Of a stretch of 64,000 nt of DNA, positions 1 through 9,430 are shown piece by piece. Positions within the stretch are counted from its first letter, which is position 1. Each line of letters begins with the position of its first letter. The DNA comes from a bacterium (GTDB lineage Bacteria; Patescibacteriota; Dojkabacteria; GCA-016699595), in NCBI GenBank assembly GCA_016699595.1, contig CP064982.1, positions 11,647-75,646 on the forward strand, given 5' to 3'. The position numbers and the translations under genes are program-made. The notes under the pieces are model-generated. The model made no database searches, had not been told where the DNA came from, and worked only from the letters and a program-made list of their open reading frames with translations.

Positions 1-740
1 GCAGTGACAATTATCAGTTGCCAGATTCTTATGCCGCCTTGCTTGAGGCTTTGAAACATGCTAGTTATAAACTTAAAATCAAAATTGACTTTAAGTTTAT
101 CAATTCAGAAGACATGGAAGAAATTACAGGTGTATTGGATGGTGTGAGTGGTATTATAGTGCCTATTGGTTGGGGTTCAAGGGGCGTAGAAGGTAAGATA
201 CGCTCAATACAGTATGCAAGGGAAAACAAGGTGCCATATTTAGGCCTTTGTTATGGCATGCAACTTGCTTGCGTAGAATGGGCAAGAAATGTCTTGGATA
301 TAAAAGATGCTGCTTCAGAAGAAGTGAATGCGAAATCAAAGAATTTGGTAATACACCAGATTCCAATTGATGAGAAATATGTTCGCATAAAAGGTGATGG
401 AGTAACCATGAGATTAGGGTCTTATCCATGCGTTCTCAAAAGTAGAAGCTTAGCTTCAGAAATATATGGAAAAAATGAGATAGAAGAAAGGCATAGGCAT
501 AGATTTGAATTTAATAACAAATATCGAGATGAGTTTGAAAAATCAGGATTTGTTTTTTCCGGAACTTCTCCAGACAATTTTTTCGTTGAATTTATTGAGT
601 TACCTAAAGAAGTTCATCCTTTTTTCATAGCAACTCAAGCTCATCCAGAATACAAGTCAACACCATGGTCCCCACACCCTATATTCTTGAGATTCCTAGA
701 AGAAAGTTTGAAGCAAGATAAAGGTAAAATATTGAATTAA
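1..740 (+). CDS. pyrG: CTP synthase, C-terminal glutamine amidotransferase domain (5' partial; the frame is open to base 3 and continues upstream of the window)
   Basis: GLCYGMQLACVEWARNVL class-I GATase motif and a CTP synthase-like C-terminus; no start codon in the window (the ORF track begins at an internal TTG). Confidence 0.85.
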   Translation, partial: SDNYQLPDSYAALLEALKHASYKLKIKIDFKFINSEDMEEITGVLDGVSGIIVPIGWGSRGVEGKIRSIQYARENKVPYLGLCYGMQLACVEWARNVLDIKDAASEEVNAKSKNLVIHQIPIDEKYVRIKGDGVTMRLGSYPCVLKSRSLASEIYGKNEIEERHRHRFEFNNKYRDEFEKSGFVFSGTSPDNFFVEFIELPKEVHPFFIATQAHPEYKSTPWSPHPIFLRFLEESLKQDKGKILN

Positions 741-809
741 GTCGCAATCTAATTTCATTATTGAATAAGTCAAGCACATTAGATATAATCGGATGTTGTC
801 AAAAACTTG

Positions 810-882
810 GGGAGCGTAGCTCAGCGGTAGAGCAGTTGCCTCTTAAGCAATTGGTCGAGGGTTCGAATCCCTCCGCTCTCAG
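810..882 (+). tRNA. tRNA-Lys (anticodon CTT)
   Basis: Cloverleaf folded by hand: acceptor GGGAGCG/CGCTCTC, T-arm GAGGGTTCGAATCCCTC, anticodon loop CTCTTAA. Confidence 0.8.
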
Positions 883-893
883 ATTTACTAAAT

Positions 894-968
894 GCGACTA
901 TAGCTCAACTGGATAGAGTAGCTGTCTTCGAAACAGTTGGTTGGGGGTTCGAATCCCTCTAGTCGCGG
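894..968 (+). tRNA. tRNA-Arg (anticodon TCG)
   Basis: Acceptor GCGACTA/TAGTCGC, T-arm GGGGGTTCGAATCCCTC, anticodon loop CTTCGAA. Confidence 0.75.
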
Positions 969-976
969 ATTTGGTC

Positions 977-1049
977 GCTGGAGTAGCTCAGTTGGTAGAG
1001 CATTCCCATGGTAAGGGAAAGGTCACGGGTTCAAGCCCCGTCTCTAGCT
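977..1049 (+). tRNA. tRNA-Thr (anticodon GGT)
   Basis: Acceptor GCTGGAG/CTCTAGC (one GU pair), T-arm ACGGGTTCAAGCCCCGT, anticodon loop ATGGTAA. Confidence 0.75.
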
Positions 1050-1066
1050 TTTGCATTATCTGAGTT

Positions 1067-1606
1067 GTGAAAAATTTCTCAAACAAACAAAATACTTCTT
1101 ATCTTATAGACGGACAAAGGGTTTGGCATTCAAGAAGTGTAGCGGTTACAGGTTTGGTAGTTTGTCGGTTCAATCACATATATAATTTTTTGATTTCCAA
1201 AAGAGGTAATAAAGCTGCCGATTATCAAGACTACTGGAATTTGCCATCTGGGTATATAGACTGGAATGAAAATGGATTTGAGGCGTTTGAAAGAGAAGTA
1301 TTTGAGGAAACTGGCGTTGATATTTCTCTTATTTATCCAGAAGGTAAGATCTTGTTTGACAATGAGAAGGAGCCTGCCAAAGTATTTACTGAACCTACAG
1401 AAAACAAGCAAAATATTTCGCTTCTATATACACTGATATTTGAAAGATCAAATTTACCTGAATTGAACTTTGGAAATGCTGCATATGAAGAAGTATCCGA
1501 CACTTTATGGATCACAGTAGAAGATGTGGATCAGTACAAATTTGCATTTCAACATGATGAGTTGATCAAAGCCGCATTTGGCAAAATATCTACGATGAAA
1601 CTTTGA
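1067..1606 (+). CDS. NUDIX hydrolase (GTG start 18 nt after tRNA-Thr; start uncertain)
   Basis: Nudix box GYIDWNENGFEAFEREVFEETGV (G-x5-E-x7-REV-x-EE-x-G). Confidence 0.65.
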   Translation: MKNFSNKQNTSYLIDGQRVWHSRSVAVTGLVVCRFNHIYNFLISKRGNKAADYQDYWNLPSGYIDWNENGFEAFEREVFEETGVDISLIYPEGKILFDNEKEPAKVFTEPTENKQNISLLYTLIFERSNLPELNFGNAAYEEVSDTLWITVEDVDQYKFAFQHDELIKAAFGKISTMKL

Positions 1607-1869
1607 TTTTTTGTTGGTATATGAAGAAAAAAAATACAGAAAAAATTAAGTTTGATGGCAAGCTTTTTCTTACCTATCTCATACTCTCGCCATTTCTTCT
1701 GCTCTACTTACTTTTAGATTCCGGAACTTCAGGAGGTATTTTTCCAAAGTTTTCGATTGGGTACAAATTTTCGATTTTACTAAATATATTTGCAAATTTA
1801 TTTATACTTACTATTTTTACGCTTGAATTCGTTATGGTATATTTCATCTTTAAGAGGTTCTTAGCATAA
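1603..1869 (+). CDS. small hydrophobic hypothetical protein
   Basis: 88-aa ORF overlapping the NUDIX stop by 4 nt; hydrophobic; no recognisable motif. Confidence 0.25.
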   Translation: MIFCWYMKKKNTEKIKFDGKLFLTYLILSPFLLLYLLLDSGTSGGIFPKFSIGYKFSILLNIFANLFILTIFTLEFVMVYFIFKRFLA

Positions 1870-2293
1870 TATCATAAATCAACATGTCACTTTCCCTAGA
1901 ATTGCGTAAATCTTGAAACCAATATACTTAAAAAGCGCTCGATATAGTTTTTTGTATAAGTTGTAACTCGCATAATTTCTTTCAAGTACTCAACTTGTGA
2001 CAAGGGTTCATAGAGGCCTGTATGTCTAGCAATCGCAAATAGTGTATTACAGGATTCAGATTTCTCCATCAAACTTCAAATCTATACTTGACAAACGAGT
2101 TGTAATCATCGTAAAATAGATCAGAAGAGTTGTTAAAGATAAATATTCGCTCTCGTTCTTTGTTGGCATTATACATAGCGGGATGATTTTTACACATAAC
2201 TACCTTTCAGCTTAACTGCCGCACAATGACAATTCACCATTATTTTGGCTTAAAGTCATACTTTACGCACTTGGGTTTTGAAATTATAAATAT

Positions 2294-2533
2294 ATGTCAA
2301 ACAAATCTGAAATACGAACGCAAGGAGATGTACAAACCAAAAATATAAAAACATCACCAGAGGTTTTTAGTGAGCTGAGGAGTTTGGGGTATATAGTAAC
2401 TCAGCGTGGAGGTGTGAAATATACTTTAACGAAAGAGAATACACCATGGCTTGAAGAATGGGAAAGGAATTATAGAGCTAACTTTGGTAGAAATAGAAGG
2501 GATAAAGGTGTTCATAGGAAGTGCAGTTCGTAA
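2294..2533 (+). CDS. hypothetical protein (overlaps the next ORF in another frame)
   Basis: 79-aa ORF after a ~420-bp non-coding stretch. Confidence 0.3.
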   Translation: MSNKSEIRTQGDVQTKNIKTSPEVFSELRSLGYIVTQRGGVKYTLTKENTPWLEEWERNYRANFGRNRRDKGVHRKCSS

Positions 2534-2843
2534 TTCTACTTTATTGAGTCTTGCCAAAGAAGTGAAAAAAACTGGTAACCTAGATTCAATTTTGAATGAT
2601 AAGTTTATTACTGCTATTAAGTGTATAATTACTAGCTCTCAACTTCCTAGTGAGTATGACCAGATTGTAATTCAGCCTAGTTCTAATAGGACCATAAGAT
2701 ATGTACATGGACCGCGAAATATACCGGCTAGGCTTTATTATATGGAACTTCCAAAAATAAATAGCATTAGAGTGTTTGTGAAGGTATCGCTTTGGTCGAA
2801 AAAGGATGAAGGACGCGGGTATAATATTATTAGTAATTTCTAA
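2451..2843 (+). CDS. hypothetical protein (frame open from 2430; TTG start in track; true start unclear)
   Basis: 130-aa ORF overlapping the previous ORF by 83 nt in a +1 frame. Confidence 0.3.
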   Translation: MKNGKGIIELTLVEIEGIKVFIGSAVRNSTLLSLAKEVKKTGNLDSILNDKFITAIKCIITSSQLPSEYDQIVIQPSSNRTIRYVHGPRNIPARLYYMELPKINSIRVFVKVSLWSKKDEGRGYNIISNF

Positions 2844-3018
2844 ATTCATGACGTTTGATTATAAAAGTTAGTCAAACTTTTTCTTGAGTATATTGGATAT
2901 GCAATTTGCCACTTTAGGCTACTTAACTGATTGAGAAAATATAGGCAATTATAAGAATGAATAATTCATTCTTAACTTTTGACTTGCCTTAATTTCTATT
3001 TGTAGTATAATTCTTTTT

Positions 3019-3231
3019 ATGTCAAAAACATGTATAGTAACAGGCAAAAAAACAGCTTCAGGTAGAACAAGAAAACATAACTACGGTGGTGGTTGGGAAT
3101 TTCGTGCTACTGCAAAACCTGCTAAATGGAGAGTTAATTTCAAAAAAATAAAGATAATTGATGCAAACGGTAACGCAAAAAGGGTTTGGATGTCAGTTCG
3201 TGGCCTCAAAACTCTAAAGAAAACTGCTTAA
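3019..3231 (+). CDS. rpmB: 50S ribosomal protein bL28
   Basis: MSKTCIVTGKKTASGRTRKHNYGGGWEFRATAKPAKWRVNFKKIKIIDANGNAKRVWMSVRGLK matches the L28 pattern (C-x-VTGK ... SH/KH ... R-x-F-x-PN-like). Confidence 0.85.
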   Translation: MSKTCIVTGKKTASGRTRKHNYGGGWEFRATAKPAKWRVNFKKIKIIDANGNAKRVWMSVRGLKTLKKTA

Positions 3232-3255
3232 ATTTATCTGATTTATAGAAATTAA

Positions 3256-4308
3256 TTGTTTGATACAATCCTTGCAAAACTCACATATGATGTAGCTATA
3301 GATCTAGGAACGAGTACGACACTTGTCGGGGTGAAAGGTTTTGGAAATATTCTTCTTGAGCCAACTGTCGTTGCTGTGAATAAAAAAACCTCTCAAATTT
3401 TGGCTGTTGGATCAGAAGCAAAAGAAATGGTTGGTCGAACTCCCGGCGACATAGTTGCAGTAAGACCTATGAGAGATGGAGTTATAAAAGACTACGAGAT
3501 GACGCAAGCCATGTTGAAGTATTTTCTACACAAAGCTCAGACTATTGCTAGAAGAATGAATGGCACATGGAAGGCCCGTTTGAAAATTGATAAACCGAGG
3601 GTCATCATAGGTGTCCCAAGTGGGATTACAGATGTCGAGAGGAAGGCTGTGATAGATTCAGCAAAGTTTGCAGGAGCCAGAACAGTATTTATTATAGAAG
3701 AGGCTATGGCAGCAGCTATAGGAGCAGAATTACCGATTGATGAAGCTAGTGGCAGTATGATAATTGATATCGGTGGAGGGACAACCGATATTGCTATTTT
3801 GTCTCTAGGTGCAATAGTGTCAGATGAAACTATAAGAATTGCAGGTGATTTTCTAGATGCTGAACTACAGAATTTCATCAAAGAAAAGTTCGGTGTTCAG
3901 CTAGGAGATCAAACTATAGAAAATATGAAAATAGAGATTGCTTCATTGGATCGATCAAAATTATCAATAAGCGTCAAAGGGAGAGGTATCAAAGATGGTC
4001 TTCCCAAAGCTCAAGAGGTAACCTCTAGTGACATTGAATCGACAGTTGCGAGCGTTTTAGCACATATCATCAATGCTGCGAAACAAGCAATTGAGTCTGC
4101 GCCTCCGGAAATACTCGGTGATATACTTGAAAATGGGATTACTCTTGCAGGGGGTGGCGCTCAAATACGAGGTCTCTCTGAGTATTTGACAAAAGAACTT
4201 CATGTCCCAGTTAAGATTACAGAAGATCCTGTATCCTGTGTCTTGAGGGGGTGCATGAAAGTTATTGATAATTTTTCCCTTCTTTCAAGATTACAAGTAG
4301 ATGAATAA
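3256..4308 (+). CDS. mreB: rod-shape-determining actin-like protein MreB
   Basis: IDLGTSTTLVGVKG, the nucleotide-binding DIGGGTTDIA, and full-length actin-fold similarity. Confidence 0.9.
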   Translation: MFDTILAKLTYDVAIDLGTSTTLVGVKGFGNILLEPTVVAVNKKTSQILAVGSEAKEMVGRTPGDIVAVRPMRDGVIKDYEMTQAMLKYFLHKAQTIARRMNGTWKARLKIDKPRVIIGVPSGITDVERKAVIDSAKFAGARTVFIIEEAMAAAIGAELPIDEASGSMIIDIGGGTTDIAILSLGAIVSDETIRIAGDFLDAELQNFIKEKFGVQLGDQTIENMKIEIASLDRSKLSISVKGRGIKDGLPKAQEVTSSDIESTVASVLAHIINAAKQAIESAPPEILGDILENGITLAGGGAQIRGLSEYLTKELHVPVKITEDPVSCVLRGCMKVIDNFSLLSRLQVDE

Positions 4309-5893
4309 ATACTTTCGCTTTTTGTTACTTCTTACTTTTTTGAGTGTCGTTATTGTGCAAGCTTCGATTGTGGTAAGAAACGAATCTATTCCTCAAAACG
4401 ATAATCTTTCAGACTATCCCATCTATGTTGATAGTTACAGAGCGTCAATTAAAGACAGGGAAGGAGAAGTGTTAGTAGGGTCAAATTACAATTACATTAT
4501 TTATCTAGATAATTCGGTACTATCAGATAATCAGGTCAAAGATACTTTAGAGAATTTAGCATCTGTATCAAATATGGATTCTCAGACTTTATTGGATAAG
4601 TATAATAGTTCAACTAATAATGGGAAAACAAGGAGAAGCGAGATTAATCTAGGTACAATACCTGAATCTGCAGTGAATAATATAAAAAGCTCAACATTAA
4701 ACTTTGATGGGTTAGCAATAGCAACCAAGACTGCTAGAAGTTATGCAGTGGCGACTGAGGACTTGGCACATACTTTAGGGATATATTCAGTTGAGGGAAA
4801 TTCTAGTGGATTAGAAGGCTACTACAATAAAACAATAGGTAATGATCAAGTGGCTAGTCTTCAGATATCTATTTCTCAAGAAATTAATCAGCAGATCTTT
4901 GATTTGTTTAAAGCTAATATGAATGCAAACAATATCACTGCGGGCTCGTTTATTGTTCTAGACATCAATTCTGGCAACAGGGTTTACAGTGTGGTGAATT
5001 ACCCTTCTTTTGAGTTGTCAAAAATTATAAAAAACGAATACTACACTACCTTGATGGGTGACGAAAGTTTGCCAATACTCAATAGGGCAATTTCAGGCAG
5101 TTACCCAACCGGCTCCATAATGAAGCCATTTAGCGCATTAGCATTGCTAGAAAACAGTGCTATTACTGATCAAACAACTTACTTTTCGGAGGGTGTCTAT
5201 GAACTACCTGGGGGAATTGAATTTCCAGAATATACTAAGCAACCATATGGAAGTTTGAATGTAGTTGAAGCTTTACGCAAATCGTCCAATATATTCTTTT
5301 GTAAGGCAGTTGAGAAAATAGATTACAACCTCATTGCAAATTTCCAGTCTTATATTGGATTAGGCAAATTTACAGGAATTGATTTAGTGGGTGAAGAATC
5401 TGGAAATTTAGCTTCTCCAATGTATAAAAAAAACTTGAATCAAAATTGGTACTTAGGCGACAGCTGCAATTCAATTATTGGGCAAGGATACAATCTGTTA
5501 ACACCGATACAAATGGTTACGAGTTTATCAACTATTTTAACGAATAAAAGTTGCAATCCAAAAGTAGTTGAATCCATACAATACAATAGTGGCCAAGCGG
5601 TTGAACTGACAAGCAATTGCTCTCAATTGAACATAGAAAAGTCAAATATTGAAATTGTAAAAAAAGGTATGAGAGCGGCTGCAATAAATGTTGGATTTTC
5701 TACTTACGATATAGGACTAAAAACTGGAACTGCTGAGGTCTCAAATTTGGAAAAGCCTCATGTATGGGTTTTAGGCTTTTACCCATATGAAGAGCCGAGG
5801 TATGCATTTGTGGTTATGGCTGAAAACGGTGATAAAACAAAAATACTTTTGGATTTTATAAAAACTATATTAGACAAAAAATACTTAATTTGA
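4301..5893 (+). CDS. mrdA: class B penicillin-binding protein (PBP2-like transpeptidase); N-terminal TM anchor
   Basis: SxxK (GSIMKPF), SxN (RKSSNIFF) and KTGTA motifs; overlaps the mreB stop by 8 nt; TGA stop. Confidence 0.7.
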   Translation: MNKYFRFLLLLTFLSVVIVQASIVVRNESIPQNDNLSDYPIYVDSYRASIKDREGEVLVGSNYNYIIYLDNSVLSDNQVKDTLENLASVSNMDSQTLLDKYNSSTNNGKTRRSEINLGTIPESAVNNIKSSTLNFDGLAIATKTARSYAVATEDLAHTLGIYSVEGNSSGLEGYYNKTIGNDQVASLQISISQEINQQIFDLFKANMNANNITAGSFIVLDINSGNRVYSVVNYPSFELSKIIKNEYYTTLMGDESLPILNRAISGSYPTGSIMKPFSALALLENSAITDQTTYFSEGVYELPGGIEFPEYTKQPYGSLNVVEALRKSSNIFFCKAVEKIDYNLIANFQSYIGLGKFTGIDLVGEESGNLASPMYKKNLNQNWYLGDSCNSIIGQGYNLLTPIQMVTSLSTILTNKSCNPKVVESIQYNSGQAVELTSNCSQLNIEKSNIEIVKKGMRAAAINVGFSTYDIGLKTGTAEVSNLEKPHVWVLGFYPYEEPRYAFVVMAENGDKTKILLDFIKTILDKKYLI

Positions 5894-5913
5894 AAACAAG
5901 ACTAATTTGAGAT

Positions 5914-6987
5914 ATGGAATATACAGACTCGCAAAAAAACATACTAATAATTTCTATGATTAAAGGTGTTGGACCAAGAAGTTATATGAAGTTGCTAGGT
6001 GAATTTGGGAGTATAAATCAGTTCCTTGAAGCAAATAAAGGTGAATATTCCGAACTTTTAGCAAGTTTCTGGAAGGTTGCTAAAGATATAAATCTATACT
6101 TAGACAGACTTTCGGAGTTGGATGTAAAACTTACTTTCTTGGGAGATAAGGATTACCCTTCATCGCTTGCAAGTATCTATGATCCACCCTTGGTTTTATA
6201 CTATAAAGGAAGTCTAGAAATTGAGGTGTTGAACTTTAGTAATCTGCTATCTATAGTTGGAAGTCGCACTCTAAACGAATACGGGAAAAGAACAACAAAA
6301 AAATTTGGAGAAGAACTAGCAAATGACTTTACTTTGGTTTCAGGAATGGCAATTGGTGCAGACAGTATAGTACATGAAGCTTCATTAAATGCAAACAAGC
6401 CGACTATAGCTGTACTCGCATCGTCTGTAGAAAAAGCTACGCCTTTAGCAAACTACCACTTATATGACAAGATCATTCGTAATGGCTTGATAGTTTCAGA
6501 ATACCCCATTGGAACTGATCCTCATCTAGGTCATTTCCCAAATAGAAACAGAATTGTGGCTGGATTGAGTTTGGGAACATTAGTTACTCAAGCTAGAATG
6601 AATTCAGGTTCGTTGATAACTCCAAGGTTAGCTATAGATCAGGGTAGAGAAAGTTTTGCAATTCCGGGTATGATTACAGATACCTATCACAAAGGGACAA
6701 ATTGGTTGATACAAAACAACATTGCTCATATGGTATTGGAGCCGGATGATATTAGGTCAATTTTGAATATAAAGGATAATTCAAATAAGTACAAAAGTAA
6801 TGATATAGCTTTTGAGAATCCAATTCAGGTTGGTATAGTGGACAAGTTGACATCTGGCAGTTTGAATGTTGATGAATTGAGTATTCTTTGCAAGTTTAGT
6901 ATTAACGATATCAATGTAAATCTCTCTGTTCTTGAAATGGGTGGGTTTGTTTTGAGAGACAATGTAGGTAAGTATTCGCTAGCATAA
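5914..6987 (+). CDS. dprA: DNA processing protein DprA (Smf)
   Basis: Rossmann-like DprA core GSRTLNEYGKR...SGMAIGADSIVHEASL...IAVLASSV...GTLVTQARMNSGSLIT. Confidence 0.8.
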   Translation: MEYTDSQKNILIISMIKGVGPRSYMKLLGEFGSINQFLEANKGEYSELLASFWKVAKDINLYLDRLSELDVKLTFLGDKDYPSSLASIYDPPLVLYYKGSLEIEVLNFSNLLSIVGSRTLNEYGKRTTKKFGEELANDFTLVSGMAIGADSIVHEASLNANKPTIAVLASSVEKATPLANYHLYDKIIRNGLIVSEYPIGTDPHLGHFPNRNRIVAGLSLGTLVTQARMNSGSLITPRLAIDQGRESFAIPGMITDTYHKGTNWLIQNNIAHMVLEPDDIRSILNIKDNSNKYKSNDIAFENPIQVGIVDKLTSGSLNVDELSILCKFSINDINVNLSVLEMGGFVLRDNVGKYSLA

Positions 6988-7176
6988 TCTGCGAGTTTAA
7001 AAGGTTTGTTTTAGTAGTTGTAGATAAACTTTGTCTAAACATATCTAGTTTTAGGAAATTTCAGTGCATCAGGGTCTTATGAGCAAAATTATTATTTGAA
7101 AAGTTTCTTTGTTGTGTTAAAATGATATTCAATACTAAATTTAGCACGTATATGAAATTTCTGTTGGGTAATACCA

Positions 7177-8157
7177 ATGCATGTACGGTGGAAAAAGAAA
7201 TTTATGACAAAAACAAAGAATCAGGCAGATCCAAGTGCCCTAGAGGAAAAGACTGAAACAATAACTGAAATTGCACCTCAACAAACTGTTTCGAATGAAA
7301 ATCTCGAAGAAATTACACCTGAAGAAATTGAAACTGACATCCAAAAAATTGACCTTGATATTTCCCAAGAAGATCAAGTCGACAATTCCAAAGAGGAGAA
7401 AAAACCAGAGAGGACATTCAAGTCAATTAAATTTCCCGATTTCAAAGAATTTTTAAAAGCTGGAACTCAATTTGGTCACCAGACCAATAAGTGGAACCCT
7501 AAAATGCAGAAGTACATACATTCTGCTAAGAATGGAATTCACATCATAGATCTAGAGCAAACCATGAAGTGCCTCTCAAGTGGACTTAACGCAATTCAAG
7601 AAGGAAGTTATAAAGGAAATGTTTTGATTGTAGCTACAAAGAATCAAGCAAGACAACTTGCAAAAGAAGAGGCTATAAGATCTGGCGCAATGTTTGTTAC
7701 ACACAGGTGGCCGGGTGGTTTACTAACAAATTTCAAGCAAGTCAAAAAATCCTTAAAAAGGTTGAATGAACTTGAGAAAATGTTTGAAGAGGGTGTCGAA
7801 GATATGACAAAATATGAAATCTCTGTTTTGAAAAAAGAGTGGGAGAGGTTGAACAAACTATATGGTGGAGTCAAATTCATGGCTAACTTACCTAGTTTAG
7901 TTATCATTATTGATACTCATTTTGAAAAAAATGCACTTCGTGAGGCAAATGCTATGAAAGTACCTGTTGTTGGTATCGTTGATACAAATTCTGATCCAAC
8001 TACTGTGGATTATCCAATTCCAGCGAATGATGATGCTGTAGGTGCGGTAAGTTTGATGTTGAAACTTATAGGTGATGCGATACTTGATGGTAATCAAGGA
8101 GGTGGAATCAAGCATATATTCAAAGATTATACAAAAATGGAAGTAGCAAGAAGGTAG
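7177..8157 (+). CDS. rpsB: 30S ribosomal protein uS2 with a ~85-aa acidic N-terminal extension
   Basis: LKAGTQFGHQTNKWNPKMQKYIHSAKNGIHIIDLEQT S2 signature; no alternative in-frame start between the extension and the S2 core. Confidence 0.85.
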   Translation: MHVRWKKKFMTKTKNQADPSALEEKTETITEIAPQQTVSNENLEEITPEEIETDIQKIDLDISQEDQVDNSKEEKKPERTFKSIKFPDFKEFLKAGTQFGHQTNKWNPKMQKYIHSAKNGIHIIDLEQTMKCLSSGLNAIQEGSYKGNVLIVATKNQARQLAKEEAIRSGAMFVTHRWPGGLLTNFKQVKKSLKRLNELEKMFEEGVEDMTKYEISVLKKEWERLNKLYGGVKFMANLPSLVIIIDTHFEKNALREANAMKVPVVGIVDTNSDPTTVDYPIPANDDAVGAVSLMLKLIGDAILDGNQGGGIKHIFKDYTKMEVARR

Positions 8158-8200
8158 TTGGTGGATATATCTATTATACTAATTTTTATACGATAACTTT

Positions 8201-8779
8201 ATGTCAATTACATTAGAACAAATCAAAAAACTTAGAGAAATGTCAGGGGCTGGTCTTACTGATGCAAAATCTGCACTTGAAGTAGCAGGTGGAGATGTCG
8301 AGAAAGCTTTTGACGAACTTCGAAAGCGAGGTGTAGCAAAACTGGAAAAAAGAGCTGACAAAGCTGCTGAAGCAGGTTATATAGGGACTTACTTGCACAA
8401 TGGACAAGTCATTGGTGTAGTAGTTTTGAATTGTGAAACTGACTTTGTTGCTAAACTAGATGCATTTCGTGATCTTGCAAAAGAACTTGCTATGCAAATC
8501 GTTTCGCAAGCCCCTGTTTATATAAATATTGAAAATGTTCCAGTGGAAGTTAAAGAAAGAGAAATGGCATTGGCGAAAGAAAAGTTAGATGGAAAACCAG
8601 AGGAAATACAGCAGAAAATCATTGAGGGTAACTTGCAAAAATTTTACGAACAGACTGTTTTGATGGAGCAAGTTTGGATCAAGGATGAGTCGAAGAAGAT
8701 AAAAGATATTTTCAATGAAGTAGCTGGTAAAATTGGTGAAAAAATGGAAATCAAAGAAATTTATAGAACAACAATATAA
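8201..8779 (+). CDS. tsf: elongation factor Ts (short form)
   Basis: MSITLEQIKKLREMSGAGLTDAKSALEVAGGDVEKAFDELRKRG UBA-like N-terminus plus an EF-Ts core. Confidence 0.9.
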   Translation: MSITLEQIKKLREMSGAGLTDAKSALEVAGGDVEKAFDELRKRGVAKLEKRADKAAEAGYIGTYLHNGQVIGVVVLNCETDFVAKLDAFRDLAKELAMQIVSQAPVYINIENVPVEVKEREMALAKEKLDGKPEEIQQKIIEGNLQKFYEQTVLMEQVWIKDESKKIKDIFNEVAGKIGEKMEIKEIYRTTI

Positions 8780-8787
8780 AAGTTCAA

Positions 8788-9333
8788 ATGATGTCTACAC
8801 TTCAAATATCATTACAAAACGCAATAGAATTTTTGGAAAGAGAGTTTTTGACTCTCAGAACTGGGAGGGCAAACCCGGCTATTTTGGATTCAGTAATGGT
8901 AGAAGCTTGGGGATCAAAAGTCCCGCTCAATCAAGTTGCTAGTATTTCTGCACCAGATGCTACATTGATTGTTGTGAAACCGTTTGATAAATCAACTTTG
9001 AAAGATATAGAAAAAGGCATTCAAGCTTCAGATCTAGGACTAAATCCAATACTGTCTGAAGATATTATCAGAGTTCCAGTTCCTCCTTTGACACAAGAAA
9101 CAAGAGAGAAATTGGTAAAAAAGGCAAAAGAAGTAGCTGAAGAGGCCAAGATATCAGTTAGAAAGGCTAGAGCAGAGGCAAGAGAGGAGGTTCAAAGTAT
9201 GTTGAAAGAAAAGATTCTGACCGAAGATGAGGCTGAAAGAGATGAAAAAGCTATACAAAAAGATGTTGATGATGCAAACAAAGAGATCGAAGAAAGATTG
9301 AAAACGAAGGAAAGTAGCTTGATGGAAGTATAG
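8788..9333 (+). CDS. frr: ribosome recycling factor
   Basis: LRTGRANPAILDSVMVEAWGSKVPLNQVASISAPDATLIVVKPFD ... VRKARAEAREE. Confidence 0.9.
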   Translation: MMSTLQISLQNAIEFLEREFLTLRTGRANPAILDSVMVEAWGSKVPLNQVASISAPDATLIVVKPFDKSTLKDIEKGIQASDLGLNPILSEDIIRVPVPPLTQETREKLVKKAKEVAEEAKISVRKARAEAREEVQSMLKEKILTEDEAERDEKAIQKDVDDANKEIEERLKTKESSLMEV

Positions 9334-9430
9334 GATGCAGTTTAGCAAATGATTTATAATTCTGAATTTGGGATTGTATGGTTCACTAATATACAATGTA
9401 AATTATTTTAATTTTTAAAAATAAAAATAT

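Noticed and set aside
163-429. Antisense or alternate-frame ORFs from the six-frame track lying inside confidently assigned genes. Examples: 163-429(-), 1130-1515(-), 3537-3881(-), 6201-6398(-), 7644-8115(-), 21062-21847(-), 26502-27009(+), 36080-36749, 45632-47155(-), 55490-55834(-).
   Set aside because: Each is fully embedded in a gene with strong family-level similarity on the other strand or frame, and has low-complexity composition. Most likely spurious.
810-1049. tmRNA or other structured RNA near the tRNA cluster (GGTTCGAATCC T-arm-like motifs)
   Set aside because: All three motifs belong to complete canonical tRNA cloverleaves. No tmRNA tag-reading-frame or pseudoknot region is evident.
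7271-7456. 61-aa ORF in an alternate frame within the rpsB N-terminal extension
   Set aside because: It overlaps the S2 reading frame and has a Lys-rich low-complexity translation. The S2 frame is continuous through this region.
8733-8942. 69-aa ORF spanning the tsf/frr junction
   Set aside because: It overlaps two well-supported genes in another frame.
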